A DNA stretch of 64,000 nucleotides, taken from the NCBI GenBank assembly GCA_022824805.1, contig JAJDZE010000004.1, forward strand, positions 3,577-67,576, read 5' to 3'. Position numbers and translations under genes: made by a program. Under the pieces are notes generated by a model. That model saw nothing but the letters and a program-made list of their open reading frames with translations, was not told where the DNA came from and ran no database searches. Below are positions 8,818-18,342 of this stretch, in pieces (positions within the stretch are counted from its first letter, which is position 1; the number at the start of each line of letters is the position of its first letter). This DNA comes from Acidimicrobiia bacterium (GTDB taxonomy: Bacteria; Actinomycetota; Acidimicrobiia; Acidimicrobiales; Poriferisodalaceae).

Positions 8818-9081
8818 GTGGAGTTCCACCGCTCGGCGTTCAAGCACAGCCACAGCGAGCGAGACATCCTGCATGCCGTCGAGCACGCCTTCGTTATCGT
8901 CGATCTCGATCCGGACGCCGACCCGCCCAGAGTGCTCGCGATCGGGCCAGACGCCGCCGGCAACTTCCTCGAAGTCATATGGCTCGAGCTCGCCGGGCAT
9001 GTTGAACTCGTGATCCACGCCATGCACCTGCGACCAGTGTTCTACGGCCTGCTCACGCCAGGCGAGGGTCCGACACCATGA
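8818..9081 (+). CDS. BrnT-like (DUF497) toxin
   Basis: GTG at 8818: VEFHRSAFKHSHSERDILHAVEHAFVIVD...RVLAIGPDAAGNFLEVIWLE..VELVIHAMHLR resembles the BrnT layout (KHG.s.eE...vf; core beta-sheet; ...I.A). Toxin-first order with an ATGA overlap to an RHH gene, as in BrnTA. Confidence 0.55.
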   Translation: MEFHRSAFKHSHSERDILHAVEHAFVIVDLDPDADPPRVLAIGPDAAGNFLEVIWLELAGHVELVIHAMHLRPVFYGLLTPGEGPTP

Positions 9082-9350
9082 CTATTCGCGTGACCAAGAC
9101 GGGACTGACCCTCACAGACACCGATCTCGATGCCATCGCGGAGGAAGTCGAATCGACTGACTTCGACGTCGAGGCGCTGAAGACCCGTCGGCGTGGCCGC
9201 CCCGCTATGGGTTCGGGCCCCGCTGACGTCGTACCGGTGCGGATCGATCCTGAGCTGAAGGCGGCGATTGAGTCCCGAGCCGAAGCCGATCACACCACTA
9301 CCAGCGAGATTATCCGAACAGCTCTCCGCGAGTTCCTCGACGTCGCCTGA
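9078..9350 (+). CDS. CopG/RHH antitoxin (BrnA-like)
   Basis: C-terminal VVPVRIDPELKAAIESRAEADHTTTSEIIRTALREFL is a ribbon-helix-helix motif. The start overlaps the toxin stop (ATGA). Confidence 0.7.
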   Translation: MTIRVTKTGLTLTDTDLDAIAEEVESTDFDVEALKTRRRGRPAMGSGPADVVPVRIDPELKAAIESRAEADHTTTSEIIRTALREFLDVA

Positions 9351-9391
9351 CTTCGGCAGGGCTGGCGCCCCGGATGAGCCCCCAGCCGCCG

Positions 9392-10057
9392 CTAGAAGAC
9401 GGGGAAGATGGTTCCTGTTGAGCGTTCGGTTCGGGTCAGGGCGTAGAGGACGCCCCAGTCGCCGTTGCGGTCTCGGGCGATGTTGATGCAGATGTCGATG
9501 ATGATCGCTGCGCCCTCTGGGTCGGTGGCTGGGCGGGGCTGGCCGATGCTGACGGCAAGGTCGTCGAGATGGAGGAGCACTTCGATCAGCCTGGTGCGGC
9601 AGAAGTCGTCAAGCGTGAGGAGTCGGCCTCCCAGCGCGGCCACGAGGCGGTCGGCGGGTTCCTCGGCCAGCCGTGTTTCGAGGTCGGCGGCCAGTTGGAG
9701 GCATTTGGCAACGGTGGCTTCGTGACCGATGGCCGATTCGGTGGCGGAGACGTCCTTGATCTGGTCGTGGATGGGGGAGTCGACCGCGGCGTGAAAGTAG
9801 GTGACCGCCGTGAGCAAGTCGCCGTCGGGGCGCCGGTCGGGCGGGGTGCGGTCGAGGTAGGCGATGGTGGCGCCGGCGGCGCGTACGAGGTGGGCCGAGA
9901 GCGCCCCGACCGTCATACCGTCAAGAGCCGAAGGCTGGTCCCACCGTTCTGCTGCGGCCGGAGTGGCGATGAGTTCGGTTGCTTGGGCGACAGCCTCGAC
10001 CACGAGCGCTCTGACCCGGGCCGAGTCGTTCGACGGTTCGGTGGCGGGCGTGCTCAT
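9392..10057 (-). CDS. Maleylpyruvate isomerase-family mycothiol-dependent enzyme (DinB/TIGR03083-like)
   Basis: N-terminal WDQPSALDGMTVGALSAHLV pattern typical of the actinobacterial DinB-like MDMPI_N domain. Confidence 0.65.
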   Translation of the reverse strand: MSTPATEPSNDSARVRALVVEAVAQATELIATPAAAERWDQPSALDGMTVGALSAHLVRAAGATIAYLDRTPPDRRPDGDLLTAVTYFHAAVDSPIHDQIKDVSATESAIGHEATVAKCLQLAADLETRLAEEPADRLVAALGGRLLTLDDFCRTRLIEVLLHLDDLAVSIGQPRPATDPEGAAIIIDICINIARDRNGDWGVLYALTRTERSTGTIFPVF

Positions 10058-10069
10058 GTCAGATCTCCT

Positions 10070-11413
10070 TCAGCGGGGGCGGGGGTAGGTGGGGTGCAGG
10101 TGGCGTTGGCCGGGGCCGAAGAAGTTCTCCCGGAAGGTGGTGCCCTCGTAGCTGGTGCGGAACCGGCCTCGCCGCTGGAGCTCGGGCACGAGGAAGTCGA
10201 CGATCTGGGAGAAACCCCAGGGGACGGGTGCCGTTGTCACGTTGAATCCGTCGACTCCTGTGGTCTCCATGAACGCCTCGAGCTGGTCGGCGACAGTGCT
10301 GGGCGAACCCACGAACCCCAGCCCGCCCGCGGTGTCGGACAGCCGCCGGGCGACATCGCCGACGGTCCAGACCTTGTCGGGGTCCTCCAGCTTCCAGCGC
10401 TCGACCTGGGTGCGGATCGCGTTCGCCTGGATGTCGTCGATGGGCGTGTCGGGCGGGTGGCCGCCCAGGTCGATGCCCGTCCAGCCGCAGTACAGGGCCA
10501 GGTAGCCGTCGACCGAGAACAGCCGTGACCACTCGTCGCGCATCGCCCGCGCCTCGGCGTCGGTCTCGGCAACCACCACCCGCGCCACCTGCAAGGCCCG
10601 GATGTGCTCGGGGTCGCGGCCGGCCGCTGCCGCCTGCTCGCGCAGCGACGCCACGACGGCGGCGCCCTTGTCGTTGCCCGGCACCGACATGAACACGACC
10701 TCGCCGGTGTTGGCTGCGAACTCGACGCCGCGTGCCGAGTTCCCCGCCTGGTACAGCACCGGCGTGCGCTGCGGCGAGGGCTCGACCATGTGTGGGCCTT
10801 GCACCGTGAACCAGTCGCCGGCATGGTCGATCTCGTGCACCTTGGCCGGGTCCGTGAACGTGTCGGCGGCGGCATCGCGCACGATCGCCCCCTCGTCCCA
10901 GCTCTGCTCCCACAGCTTCAGGCAGACATCGACGTACTCGTCGGCCCGGTCGTACCGGGTGTCGTGGGCGAGGATCTGACCGAGCCCTTGACGTTCGGCA
11001 TCGGACAGGTACGAGGTCACGATGTTCCAGCCGACACGGCCGCCGGTGAGGTGGTCGAGCGTCGAGAACAGCCGGGCCGTGTGGTACGGCGCGTGGTGGC
11101 TCGTTGAGAAGGTCACGGCGAAGCCAAGGTGCTCGGTGCATGCCGCCAGCGCCGGGATCAGCAGCGTGGGGTCGATGCCGGGAATCTGGACCGCGCCGCG
11201 CAACGCCGCCTCGCGACTCTCCCCGTACACGTCGTAGGTGCCCAGCACATCTGCGAAGAAGATCCCGTCGAAGCAGCCCCGCTCCAAGGTGCGAACCAGG
11301 TCCTGCCACCAGCTCAGCGTCCGGTACCCCCACGACGTCTCGTCGGCAGGGTGCTTCCACATCCCCTTGATCTGATGATTCGGAGACGCCTGGATGAATG
11401 CGCTCAGGTGCAT
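10070..11413 (-). CDS. NtaA/SnaA/DmoA-family FMN-dependent LLM monooxygenase
   Basis: MHLSAFIQASPNHQIKGMWKHP...GRVGWNIVTSY...VLYQAGNSARG is typical of the nitrilotriacetate monooxygenase component A family. ATG at 11413 chosen because the longer ORF would overlap vapC. Confidence 0.85.
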   Translation of the reverse strand: MHLSAFIQASPNHQIKGMWKHPADETSWGYRTLSWWQDLVRTLERGCFDGIFFADVLGTYDVYGESREAALRGAVQIPGIDPTLLIPALAACTEHLGFAVTFSTSHHAPYHTARLFSTLDHLTGGRVGWNIVTSYLSDAERQGLGQILAHDTRYDRADEYVDVCLKLWEQSWDEGAIVRDAAADTFTDPAKVHEIDHAGDWFTVQGPHMVEPSPQRTPVLYQAGNSARGVEFAANTGEVVFMSVPGNDKGAAVVASLREQAAAAGRDPEHIRALQVARVVVAETDAEARAMRDEWSRLFSVDGYLALYCGWTGIDLGGHPPDTPIDDIQANAIRTQVERWKLEDPDKVWTVGDVARRLSDTAGGLGFVGSPSTVADQLEAFMETTGVDGFNVTTAPVPWGFSQIVDFLVPELQRRGRFRTSYEGTTFRENFFGPGQRHLHPTYPRPR

Positions 11414-11424
11414 AGCGCCACGGC

Positions 11425-11826
11425 TCATCGGTCCGCTGGCTCGAATATGGGGAGATCCATGGCGTCGGCAGCCGCAACGAGTCGACGGTCGTAGCTGGCG
11501 AGCGTCACCGACTGGCCGAGGCCGACCAAGTAAGCGCACGAGGCGAGATGCAAGGCGTCGAGCGTGCGCACAGGGTGTGAGCCGGGGAAGGGCTCCAGGG
11601 CGCGCGCCAGAACCGTCGGGGTCAGCTCAAGAATGGCGATCCGACCGATGAGCGAACGGGCCGCGTCGCCATGGGACTCGGCCAGGCCACGCCGATGCAG
11701 CGGCGTCCACAGTTCGTATTCCAGCAGCCGGCTCGAGACCAGCGTCTCCTGCCAGATCTCACCGGGCGGTCGATGGTCTTCGGCGAGCAAATGGGCGAGC
11801 GCGACCGAGGTGTCGAGGTAGATCAA
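11425..11826 (-). CDS. vapC: PIN-domain type II toxin VapC
   Basis: MIYLDTSVALAHLL..., LDALHLASC. 4-nt overlap with the upstream antitoxin. Confidence 0.85.
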   Translation of the reverse strand: MIYLDTSVALAHLLAEDHRPPGEIWQETLVSSRLLEYELWTPLHRRGLAESHGDAARSLIGRIAILELTPTVLARALEPFPGSHPVRTLDALHLASCAYLVGLGQSVTLASYDRRLVAAADAMDLPIFEPADR

Positions 11827-12116
11827 CGGTCGCTTCGGCTCTGGTCAAGCTCGGCGAGGAGCTGCTCCAGCGGAGCGATGGGCTTGGGGACAGGTGGCGG
11901 TGCAGAGCCGCTGAGCGTCGGTGGGGTCAACGCCCCGCTCCGAACTGACTCGGCGAGGTATGCGTCGGCGAGGATCGGGCTCCGAGACTCCCTGATCGGT
12001 CCGAGCTCGGCGACTACCCGGTCTCTATCCGTTACGAGAATCGTCTCGCCGGATGCCGCGAGCCGCACATACTCGCTCAGACGGCTGTTCAATATCTTGA
12101 TGCCAACCGATCTCAT
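11823..12116 (-). CDS. Phd/YefM-type antitoxin (VapB position)
   Basis: LNSRLSEYVRLAASGETILVTDRDRVVAELGP is a Phd/YefM N-terminal fold signature. Confidence 0.8.
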   Translation of the reverse strand: MRSVGIKILNSRLSEYVRLAASGETILVTDRDRVVAELGPIRESRSPILADAYLAESVRSGALTPPTLSGSAPPPVPKPIAPLEQLLAELDQSRSDR

Positions 12117-12121
12117 GACTT

Positions 12122-12147
12122 CAAAGTAGCTACTAGTAGTTACTTTG
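12122..12147. promoter_or_regulatory. 26-bp near-perfect palindrome CAAAGTAGCTACTAGTAGTTACTTTG immediately upstream of the antitoxin start; putative operator
   Basis: Read directly: 24 of 26 positions are self-complementary. It lies 6 nt upstream of the minus-strand ATG at 12116. Confidence 0.5.
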
Positions 12148-12191
12148 GCAACACGAGCCTACACGCGGTTCGTCGACGGGTGCGCTGCTCG

Positions 12192-12605
12192 CTAGGCGGC
12201 TGCTACGGCCGGTTGTGTGGTCAGCAGGTCTTGGCAGAGCAATCCGGCGGCGCGGTGGCGGTGCATCTCGGCGTAGTCGGCATGGTTCAGGGTCGCGATG
12301 AACGCAGCCCGGTTGGGGAAGTGCATGATCAGCACGGCGTCCCAGTCTCCCTGGCCGATGAAGTAGCGCTCGGCGTGGCCGTAGAGCAGGCAGCTCCCGC
12401 CGACCTCGGCTGCGGCGGCCCGGAAGGCATCGACGTAACGCTGGTAGGCGGCGACGCCGGACTCGTCGTTGTCGTGCTCGGGCTCATCGGGCCCGTAGGC
12501 GGCCTTGACCCGGAACTTCAGCAGGTTGACCTGCGCGATGGGCCCGTCGTGGGGGTCATCGCGGAAGGCGCGGAACTGGTCGGCGGTCGGCTGCATTGCA
12601 GGCAT
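12192..12605 (-). CDS. DUF1330 domain protein
   Basis: GPIAQVNLLKFR...AVLIMHFPNRAAFIATLNHADYAEMHRHRAAGL, typical of DUF1330. Confidence 0.8.
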   Translation of the reverse strand: MPAMQPTADQFRAFRDDPHDGPIAQVNLLKFRVKAAYGPDEPEHDNDESGVAAYQRYVDAFRAAAAEVGGSCLLYGHAERYFIGQGDWDAVLIMHFPNRAAFIATLNHADYAEMHRHRAAGLLCQDLLTTQPAVAAA

Positions 12606-12692
12606 GGCACCTCGCTGTCGGTTCGGGGCAGTCGCACGGGCCGTGCGAAGCGAGCCCCCTCAGTGAAGCGCACGACGCTCGCCGCCGCCGAC

Positions 12693-12727
12693 GGCGACCC
12701 GCAGGTCTGGCAACAATGGCGAACCCT
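12693..12727 (+). pseudogene. Stub of a paralogue of the 3' end of gene 13081..13833
   Basis: ggcgacccgcaggtctggcaacaatggcgaaccct versus 13762-13796 ggcgacccgcaggtttggcagcactggcggaccct (31/35 identical; both encode GDPQVWQ.WRTL). There is no intact ORF around it. Confidence 0.6.
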
Positions 12728-13080
12728 AGATGCGGCGGGCGGCTATGTCGTTGATGTTCGACATGGAATGTCTCCCTCGGTCGCTCGTGCTCCCGTCGGC
12801 GCAAGCCTTTCAGACCGCGTCACACATGTCCATGTGCGACCCGGCGGCCAGCCGAATCGCCCGTGGGGCCGGGCAGCTGGCCCGGGGCTCACACCAGGAA
12901 CCTGCTGGTGGGCTGGTCGAGCAGGATGCGTCCGTAGTCGGCGTAGCGGACCTCGCGGTCGAAGATGAGGTGATTGGAATCGGTTGTGATGTCGCGCAGC
13001 GCCCGCTCCTGACAGACTGCGGCGGGCATATCCACGCTGTGCTGACGACGGGGAACGAATGCGAACGCTGGGACTGGACA

Positions 13081-13833
13081 ATGCTTGATCATTCCGAACG
13101 GGTCGCGGCAGCGCGGTCCGCCATCGACTACATCTGCGACCGCAATGATGAAGAGCAGGCGGTGCCGGTTCCGAACTGCCCGGGATGGACGGTCTACAAC
13201 GCGGCGTCGCACATCGGCCGGGTCGGGATCGCGTGGGAGGAGATGATCACCTCCACACCCGACGACCCCGAGTCTCGGGCACGGGGTTACGAGCGCGCCG
13301 GTCGCCAACCGGCCGGAACCTCGACGGCAGAGCTCGCAGCGTGGGCCCGCTCAGCTATCGATCAACTCGTCGACGACCTCGACCGGCGTTGCTACTTCTC
13401 GATGACCGGAGGCGAAGGCAATCCGCGGTTGTGGGCTTGGCACGCGGCCTCCGAGCTCGGCATGCACCGCCTCGACGTCGAGGCGGCGCTGGGCCATGAG
13501 CACCCCATGACGCCGTCGCAAGCACTCGACGCCGCCGACTACACGTGCCAGTTCTTCCTGCAGGCGATGCGCCGCGTCCTCGAACGAGACCCCGGCAGGC
13601 TCACCGCCCGGCTCGTCGATGCCGGCGGCGAGGTCGGCAGCGTGACCATCGAGCCCCTGCCCGAGTCCGAGTCGCCTGCATCGGTCATCGTCGAGGGCCC
13701 GCCGATCCAAGTGCTGCTCGCACTCTGGGGCCGCCCCCACGTCGGTGTCGAGATCACCGAAGGCGACCCGCAGGTTTGGCAGCACTGGCGGACCCTGCCC
13801 AGCGAAGCCTTCCAGTTCGGCACCTGGGATTGA
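13081..13833 (+). CDS. Maleylpyruvate isomerase-family/DinB-like (TIGR03083-type) protein
   Basis: ATG at 13081: MLDHSERVAAARSAIDYI...CPGWTVYNAASHIGRV. The upstream part of ORF 12730.. does not look coding. Confidence 0.7.
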   Translation: MLDHSERVAAARSAIDYICDRNDEEQAVPVPNCPGWTVYNAASHIGRVGIAWEEMITSTPDDPESRARGYERAGRQPAGTSTAELAAWARSAIDQLVDDLDRRCYFSMTGGEGNPRLWAWHAASELGMHRLDVEAALGHEHPMTPSQALDAADYTCQFFLQAMRRVLERDPGRLTARLVDAGGEVGSVTIEPLPESESPASVIVEGPPIQVLLALWGRPHVGVEITEGDPQVWQHWRTLPSEAFQFGTWD

Positions 13834-13854
13834 CCGCGACGGAGAAGAGGCACG

Positions 13855-14082
13855 ATGGATGGCACGACGTCAATCGGGGATCTCTCAGGCCTCGACATGG
13901 CTATGAGTTCGGAGGGGGCAGCGCTCAACGTCGTTCGCAGGCTGACCAGCCAAAAGGAAGACTTGGCATCGCAGTGGGCGACTGCGATCCGGCTCGCCCA
14001 GGCAAATGGAGCATCGCTGCGGGACATCGGCGCTGTAGCTAACGCCTCGCCGCAGACGATTGCCAAGATCTGCGACGAGTGA
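13855..14082 (+). CDS. Small putative HTH protein
   Basis: 75 aa; ASLRDIGAVANASPQTIAKI resembles a helix-turn-helix. Weak support. Confidence 0.4.
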   Translation: MDGTTSIGDLSGLDMAMSSEGAALNVVRRLTSQKEDLASQWATAIRLAQANGASLRDIGAVANASPQTIAKICDE

Positions 14083-14113
14083 TGCAGCACCCGGATGCTG
14101 GCGGGAGGATTGT

Positions 14114-14467
14114 CTAGTAGGCCTCGAAGCGGGCGCTCAGCCTGGTCATGTCGTCGCGGTCGGTCGTGAGAATGAAGGTACCGAGGCGTTCTGCGACCAC
14201 AACGAGATGGGCGTCGACGACGTCAGCTGTTCCGGAACTCGCGAGGCGGCGGCCCACCGTCACGGATTCGTCGAGGGGGTGGACGTCGAAGTGCCGTAGC
14301 GCTCGAGCGAGATTCGCCTGTCTTGGGGGATCTCGCCATACCTGGGCGAGCACCGGATGGGTGGTGTGCAGCTCATCGCCCCGTTCGGTGGCCCGCTTCA
14401 CTAGTGCCCACAGGCGGGAATTCACGCTCTCGGCATCTGCGATGAATGGGCCTGCGTCGACTATCAA
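14114..14467 (-). CDS. PIN-domain toxin (VapC-like)
   Basis: MIVDAGPFIA..., VVDAHLVVVAERL, ILTTDRDD. 4-nt overlap with the upstream small gene. Confidence 0.75.
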   Translation of the reverse strand: MIVDAGPFIADAESVNSRLWALVKRATERGDELHTTHPVLAQVWRDPPRQANLARALRHFDVHPLDESVTVGRRLASSGTADVVDAHLVVVAERLGTFILTTDRDDMTRLSARFEAY

Positions 14468-14709
14468 GGTCCGACGCCCTGGCGGTCTAGCACCGCATCA
14501 GCCCAGGCAAGGTGCTCACGGTCAATGGGGCCTTCGTCTGCTTCCCAAGACGCGATCAGGTCGAGCATCGCCTGGCTGCGGCGCCGGCGCTTGACCTCGG
14601 CAAGGAGTGATCGCTTGACCGCCAGCTTCTTCGTGCCGTCCATCTCGACGAGTTCGGCGAGCGCCATTTCCATCTCATCATCGAAGTCGATGGTTGTCTT
14701 GATTGCCAT
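14464..14709 (-). CDS. Putative antitoxin of the PIN toxin
   Basis: 81 aa; N-terminal MAIKTTIDFDDEMEMAL (RHH/VapB-like beta-strand). Operon position is upstream of the PIN gene. Confidence 0.6.
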   Translation of the reverse strand: MAIKTTIDFDDEMEMALAELVEMDGTKKLAVKRSLLAEVKRRRRSQAMLDLIASWEADEGPIDREHLAWADAVLDRQGVGP

Positions 14710-14713
14710 AGTT

Positions 14714-14751
14714 ATACGGTAATCAGCCCGTACTTATGTTGACAACCGTAT
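14714..14751. promoter_or_regulatory. Inverted repeat ATACGGT-N24-ACCGTAT upstream of the antitoxin gene
   Basis: Read directly; an extra CCGTA copy sits in the spacer. Lies in the 45-bp gap between 14709 and the cysC stop. Confidence 0.3.
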
Positions 14752-14754
14752 TTC

Positions 14755-15366
14755 TCAGGCGTCGAGCCCCAACGGGAGTGTGGCGAGGAGTTGGGTTATG
14801 CAGTCTTGTAGAGGTTGGGTGGTGTCGATGGTGATCTCGGGTGCGGGCGGTGGCTCGTAGGGGGCGGAGATGCCGCTGAAGTCGGGGATCTCGCCAGCGC
14901 GGGCCTTGCTGTAGAGGCCCTTGGGGTCGCGGGCCTCGCAGACTTCGAGCGGGGTGTCGACGAATACTTCGATGAAGGCGCCTTCGGGATGGATCGCCCG
15001 TACTTGCTCACGGTCGGCCACGTAGGGGGAGATAAACGCCGTCAGTACGACGATGCCGGCGTCTTGGAACAGGCGGCACACTTCGCCGATGCGGCGGATG
15101 TTCTCGGTGCGGTCGTCTGGCGAGAAGCCGAGATCGCGGTTGAGGCCGAAGCGGACGTTGTCGACGTCGAGCACGTAGGCAGCGATACCGCGTTCGAGCA
15201 GGACCGCTTCGAGGGCGAATGCGAGGGTGGACTTGCCGCTGCCCGAGAGCCCAGTGAACCAAACCGTCACCGCACGGTGGCCGAAGTGTGCCTCGCGGTC
15301 GGCGCCGGTGACGTGCCCCTCGGCGCGCACGATGTTGCGCGACACCGGCCGTTCTGCGGCGCTCAT
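14755..15366 (-). CDS. cysC: Adenylylsulfate (APS) kinase
   Basis: [43 protein letters not shown] and LTAFISPY are a near-canonical CysC pattern. Confidence 0.9.
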   Translation of the reverse strand: MSAAERPVSRNIVRAEGHVTGADREAHFGHRAVTVWFTGLSGSGKSTLAFALEAVLLERGIAAYVLDVDNVRFGLNRDLGFSPDDRTENIRRIGEVCRLFQDAGIVVLTAFISPYVADREQVRAIHPEGAFIEVFVDTPLEVCEARDPKGLYSKARAGEIPDFSGISAPYEPPPAPEITIDTTQPLQDCITQLLATLPLGLDA

Positions 15367-15475
15367 AGCGTGCTCGGGCCGTGGGACGGACGTGCCGAGA
15401 GGCGCAGCAGGGACCTGAGCGGTTGGCGGGCGAGGCGCACGAGAGCGGGAGGCATGTGGGGGTGAGGCGAGAGGT

Positions 15476-17419
15476 TCATGCGTTGGGAAGCCCTCGCAGG
15501 AAGCCGCGCTCGGTCAGCTTGCGCACGATGGCGTCGATGCACTCGTCGACGTCCTGGGCTGAGGTGTCGACGCGCAGGTCGGCATCGGTCGGCTTGTCGA
15601 AGTCTGCGGAGACGCCGGGGAATCGGGGGATCTCGCCGCTGTCGGCCATCGCGTACAGGCCGTGGGGGTCACGCTCGCGGCACACCTCGATGGGTGTGTC
15701 CACGAAGACCTCGACATAGCGGTCCACGCCCACTAGGTCACGGGCTCGTTGCCGCACGTCACGGTCGGGGGCCACCATTGCGGCGATCGCGATCAGGCCC
15801 TGGCCGTTGACGAGCCGTGCCACTTCCGAAACCCGGCGCAGGTTCTCCGAGCGTTCCTGGGTGCTGAAGCCCAAGTCACGGGAGATGCCCATGCGCACGT
15901 TTTCGCCGTCGAGACGGATCGACACCTTGCCCCGATCGAACAGCTCCCGCTCGAGTGCTGTGGCAAGGGTGGACTTGCCGGCGGCCGTGAGCCCCGTGAG
16001 CAGGATGGTGCACGGCTGCTGGCCGAAGCGGATGGCCCGCTCCGCATCGCTGATCTCCGAGCGCTGGCGAACCAGTGCCGCATCGGGTGTGCGATCCCAC
16101 GCAGATGCCGCGCCCAGGATCATGCCTGCGCCCACTGTCGCGTTCGTGAGCCGGTCGACGAGCACGAACGAACCGGTCGCCCGGTTGGCGCTGTAGGGGT
16201 CGAAGGCGAGCTCCCGGTCTGAGGTGATGACGCAGTGCCCGATGTCGTTGAGCCCGAGTCCCGGGGCCTGCTCGTGTGCGCCGGTATTGATGTCGACGCG
16301 GTGCCGGAGGCTCCGGATGGCGCAGTTGGAAACCGTGTTGGCCGTCTGCAGCAGGTAGGAGCTGCCGGGCTCGGCGCCGGTTTCCGACATCCACACCACC
16401 ATGGCGTCGAGGTCGTGCGCTCGCTGCGGTTCGCTTCCTGGGGTCACCAGCAGATCGCCCCGGCTGACGTCGATGTCGTCGTCGAGCGTCACCGTGACCG
16501 CCCGACCCGGCCCGGCCACATCGAGGTCGCCGTCGAAGGTCGCAATCCGCTCCACCGTCGAGCTGAGCCCCGACGGCAGCGCCACCACCTCATCACCGGG
16601 CCGGAGCACTCCCGAGGCGATGGTGCCCGCGTACCCGCGGAAGTCTGCATCGGGGCGGGAGACCAGCTGCACCGGCATGCGGAAGTGCTCCAGGTCGACG
16701 CTGGCATCGATGTCCACCGTCTCGAGGTGCTCCAGCAGCGGCGGACCGTCGAACCAGCCCAGATTGCCGCTGGCGTCGACGACGTTGTCACCTGCCAGCG
16801 CGGACATCGGCAGGAAGTACGGCTGTCCGAACCCGAGCTCCTTGGCGAATGAGCGGTAGTCCTCGCAGATCTCGGTAAAGCGATCCTGCGACCAGCCGAC
16901 GAGATCCATCTTGTTGACCGCCACGACGACTCGACCGATGCCCAGCAGGCTGGCGATGTAGCTGTGGCGCTTGGTCTGTGCCAGCACGCCGTGGCGGGCG
17001 TCGATGAGGATGACCGCCAGATCGCAGGTCGACGCACCCGTCGCCATGTTGCGGGTGTACTGGGGGTGCCCCGGAGTGTCGGCGATGATGAACGTGCGGC
17101 GGGCCGTGGAGAAGTAGCGGTAGGCCACGTCGATGGTGATGCCCTGCTCGCGCTCGGCGCGCAGGCCGTCCATGAGCAGAGCCAAGTCGACCCCGTCGCC
17201 CGCCGAGCCGTGGGCAGCCGAGTCGGCTTCGAGGCTGGCGAGCACGTCCTCGTAGATCAACTGCGCGTCGTGCAGCAGCCGCCCGATCAGCGTCGATTTT
17301 CCGTCGTCGACGCTGCCGCACGTCAGCAGGCGCAGCAGGTCCTTCTGCCGATGGGAGGCCAGGTACGCCTCGACATCCGACACGTCGAAGCCGTCACGAG
17401 CGGGCAGCTCGGCGGCCAT
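15476..17419 (-). CDS. cysNC: Sulfate adenylyltransferase subunit 1 fused to an APS-kinase-like domain (CysNC)
   Basis: GTPase motifs [14 protein letters not shown] and NKMD, plus a C-terminal kinase-like domain [14 protein letters not shown]...DGENVR...[14 protein letters not shown]. Confidence 0.9.
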   Translation of the reverse strand: MAAELPARDGFDVSDVEAYLASHRQKDLLRLLTCGSVDDGKSTLIGRLLHDAQLIYEDVLASLEADSAAHGSAGDGVDLALLMDGLRAEREQGITIDVAYRYFSTARRTFIIADTPGHPQYTRNMATGASTCDLAVILIDARHGVLAQTKRHSYIASLLGIGRVVVAVNKMDLVGWSQDRFTEICEDYRSFAKELGFGQPYFLPMSALAGDNVVDASGNLGWFDGPPLLEHLETVDIDASVDLEHFRMPVQLVSRPDADFRGYAGTIASGVLRPGDEVVALPSGLSSTVERIATFDGDLDVAGPGRAVTVTLDDDIDVSRGDLLVTPGSEPQRAHDLDAMVVWMSETGAEPGSSYLLQTANTVSNCAIRSLRHRVDINTGAHEQAPGLGLNDIGHCVITSDRELAFDPYSANRATGSFVLVDRLTNATVGAGMILGAASAWDRTPDAALVRQRSEISDAERAIRFGQQPCTILLTGLTAAGKSTLATALERELFDRGKVSIRLDGENVRMGISRDLGFSTQERSENLRRVSEVARLVNGQGLIAIAAMVAPDRDVRQRARDLVGVDRYVEVFVDTPIEVCRERDPHGLYAMADSGEIPRFPGVSADFDKPTDADLRVDTSAQDVDECIDAIVRKLTERGFLRGLPNA

Positions 17420-18342
17420 CAGAAGTACCCCTCACGCTTCTTCTGCTCCATGGAGCCCGACTGGTCGAAGTCGATCACCCGGCCTTCCCGCTCGGAGCGG
17501 GTTGCCACCAGCATCTCGTCGATGATCTCGGGCAGCGTGGTGGCCGTCGATTCGATGGCCCCCGACAGCGGGTAGCAGCCCAATGTGCGGAAACGCACCA
17601 GCCGCTGTTCGGCCACCTCGCCCTCGTCGAACACGAACCGGTCGTCGTCCACCATGATCAGCACGCCGTCGCGTTCCACCACCGGCCGTTCGGCCGCAAA
17701 GTACAGCGGCACGATGGGGATCTGCTCGACGTGGATGTACTGCCACACGTCGAGCTCGGTCCAGTTGCTCATCGGGAACACCCGGATCGACTCGCCCTGG
17801 TTGACCCGGCCGTTGTAGAGATTCCACAGCTCGGGCCGCTGGTTCTTGGGATCCCAGCGATGATGGGCATCGCGGAAGCTGAACACCCGCTCCTTGGCCC
17901 GCGACTTCTCCTCGTCGCGCCGGGCGCCGCCGAACGCCGCATCGAACCGGCCGGCGTCGAGCGCCTGGCGCAGCGCCTGAGTCTTCATGATGTCGGTGTA
18001 GTTCTTCGACCCGTGGTCGAAGGGGTTGATGCCCTGCGCGACCCCCTCCGCGTTGGTGTGCACGATCAGCTCGAAGCCGATCTCGTCGGCCATGCGCTGG
18101 CGGAAGACGATCATCTCGCGGAACTTCCACGTCGTGTCCACGTGCAGCAGCGGGAACGGGATCTTGCCGGGGAAGAAGGCCTTGCGGGCGAGATGCAGCA
18201 GCACCGAGGAGTCCTTGCCGATCGAGTACAGCATGACCGGCCGCTCGCACTGGGCGACCACTTCGCGCATGATCCCGATCGCCTCGGATTCGAGCTGCTG
18301 CAGGTGGGTCAGCCGCAGCTCGGCGGGCAGCGTCGCGCTCAT
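17419..18342 (-). CDS. cysD: Sulfate adenylyltransferase subunit 2
   Basis: Start [28 protein letters not shown] at 18342. Contains [15 protein letters not shown] (PAPS reductase/ATP-PPase fold). The stop overlaps the cysNC ATG (TGATG). Confidence 0.9.
   Translation of the reverse strand: MSATLPAELRLTHLQQLESEAIGIMREVVAQCERPVMLYSIGKDSSVLLHLARKAFFPGKIPFPLLHVDTTWKFREMIVFRQRMADEIGFELIVHTNAEGVAQGINPFDHGSKNYTDIMKTQALRQALDAGRFDAAFGGARRDEEKSRAKERVFSFRDAHHRWDPKNQRPELWNLYNGRVNQGESIRVFPMSNWTELDVWQYIHVEQIPIVPLYFAAERPVVERDGVLIMVDDDRFVFDEGEVAEQRLVRFRTLGCYPLSGAIESTATTLPEIIDEMLVATRSEREGRVIDFDQSGSMEQKKREGYF

Noticed and set aside
671-8823. The shared motif GGTTGTATG upstream of both the RHH-MazF (671-679) and BrnT-like (8780-8788, plus TTGTATG at 8813-8819) operons, considered as a possible common regulator site.
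   Set aside because: It is only 9 nt with two loci. Spacing to the -10-like elements is inconsistent, so it is likely chance or a generic -35-like hexamer.
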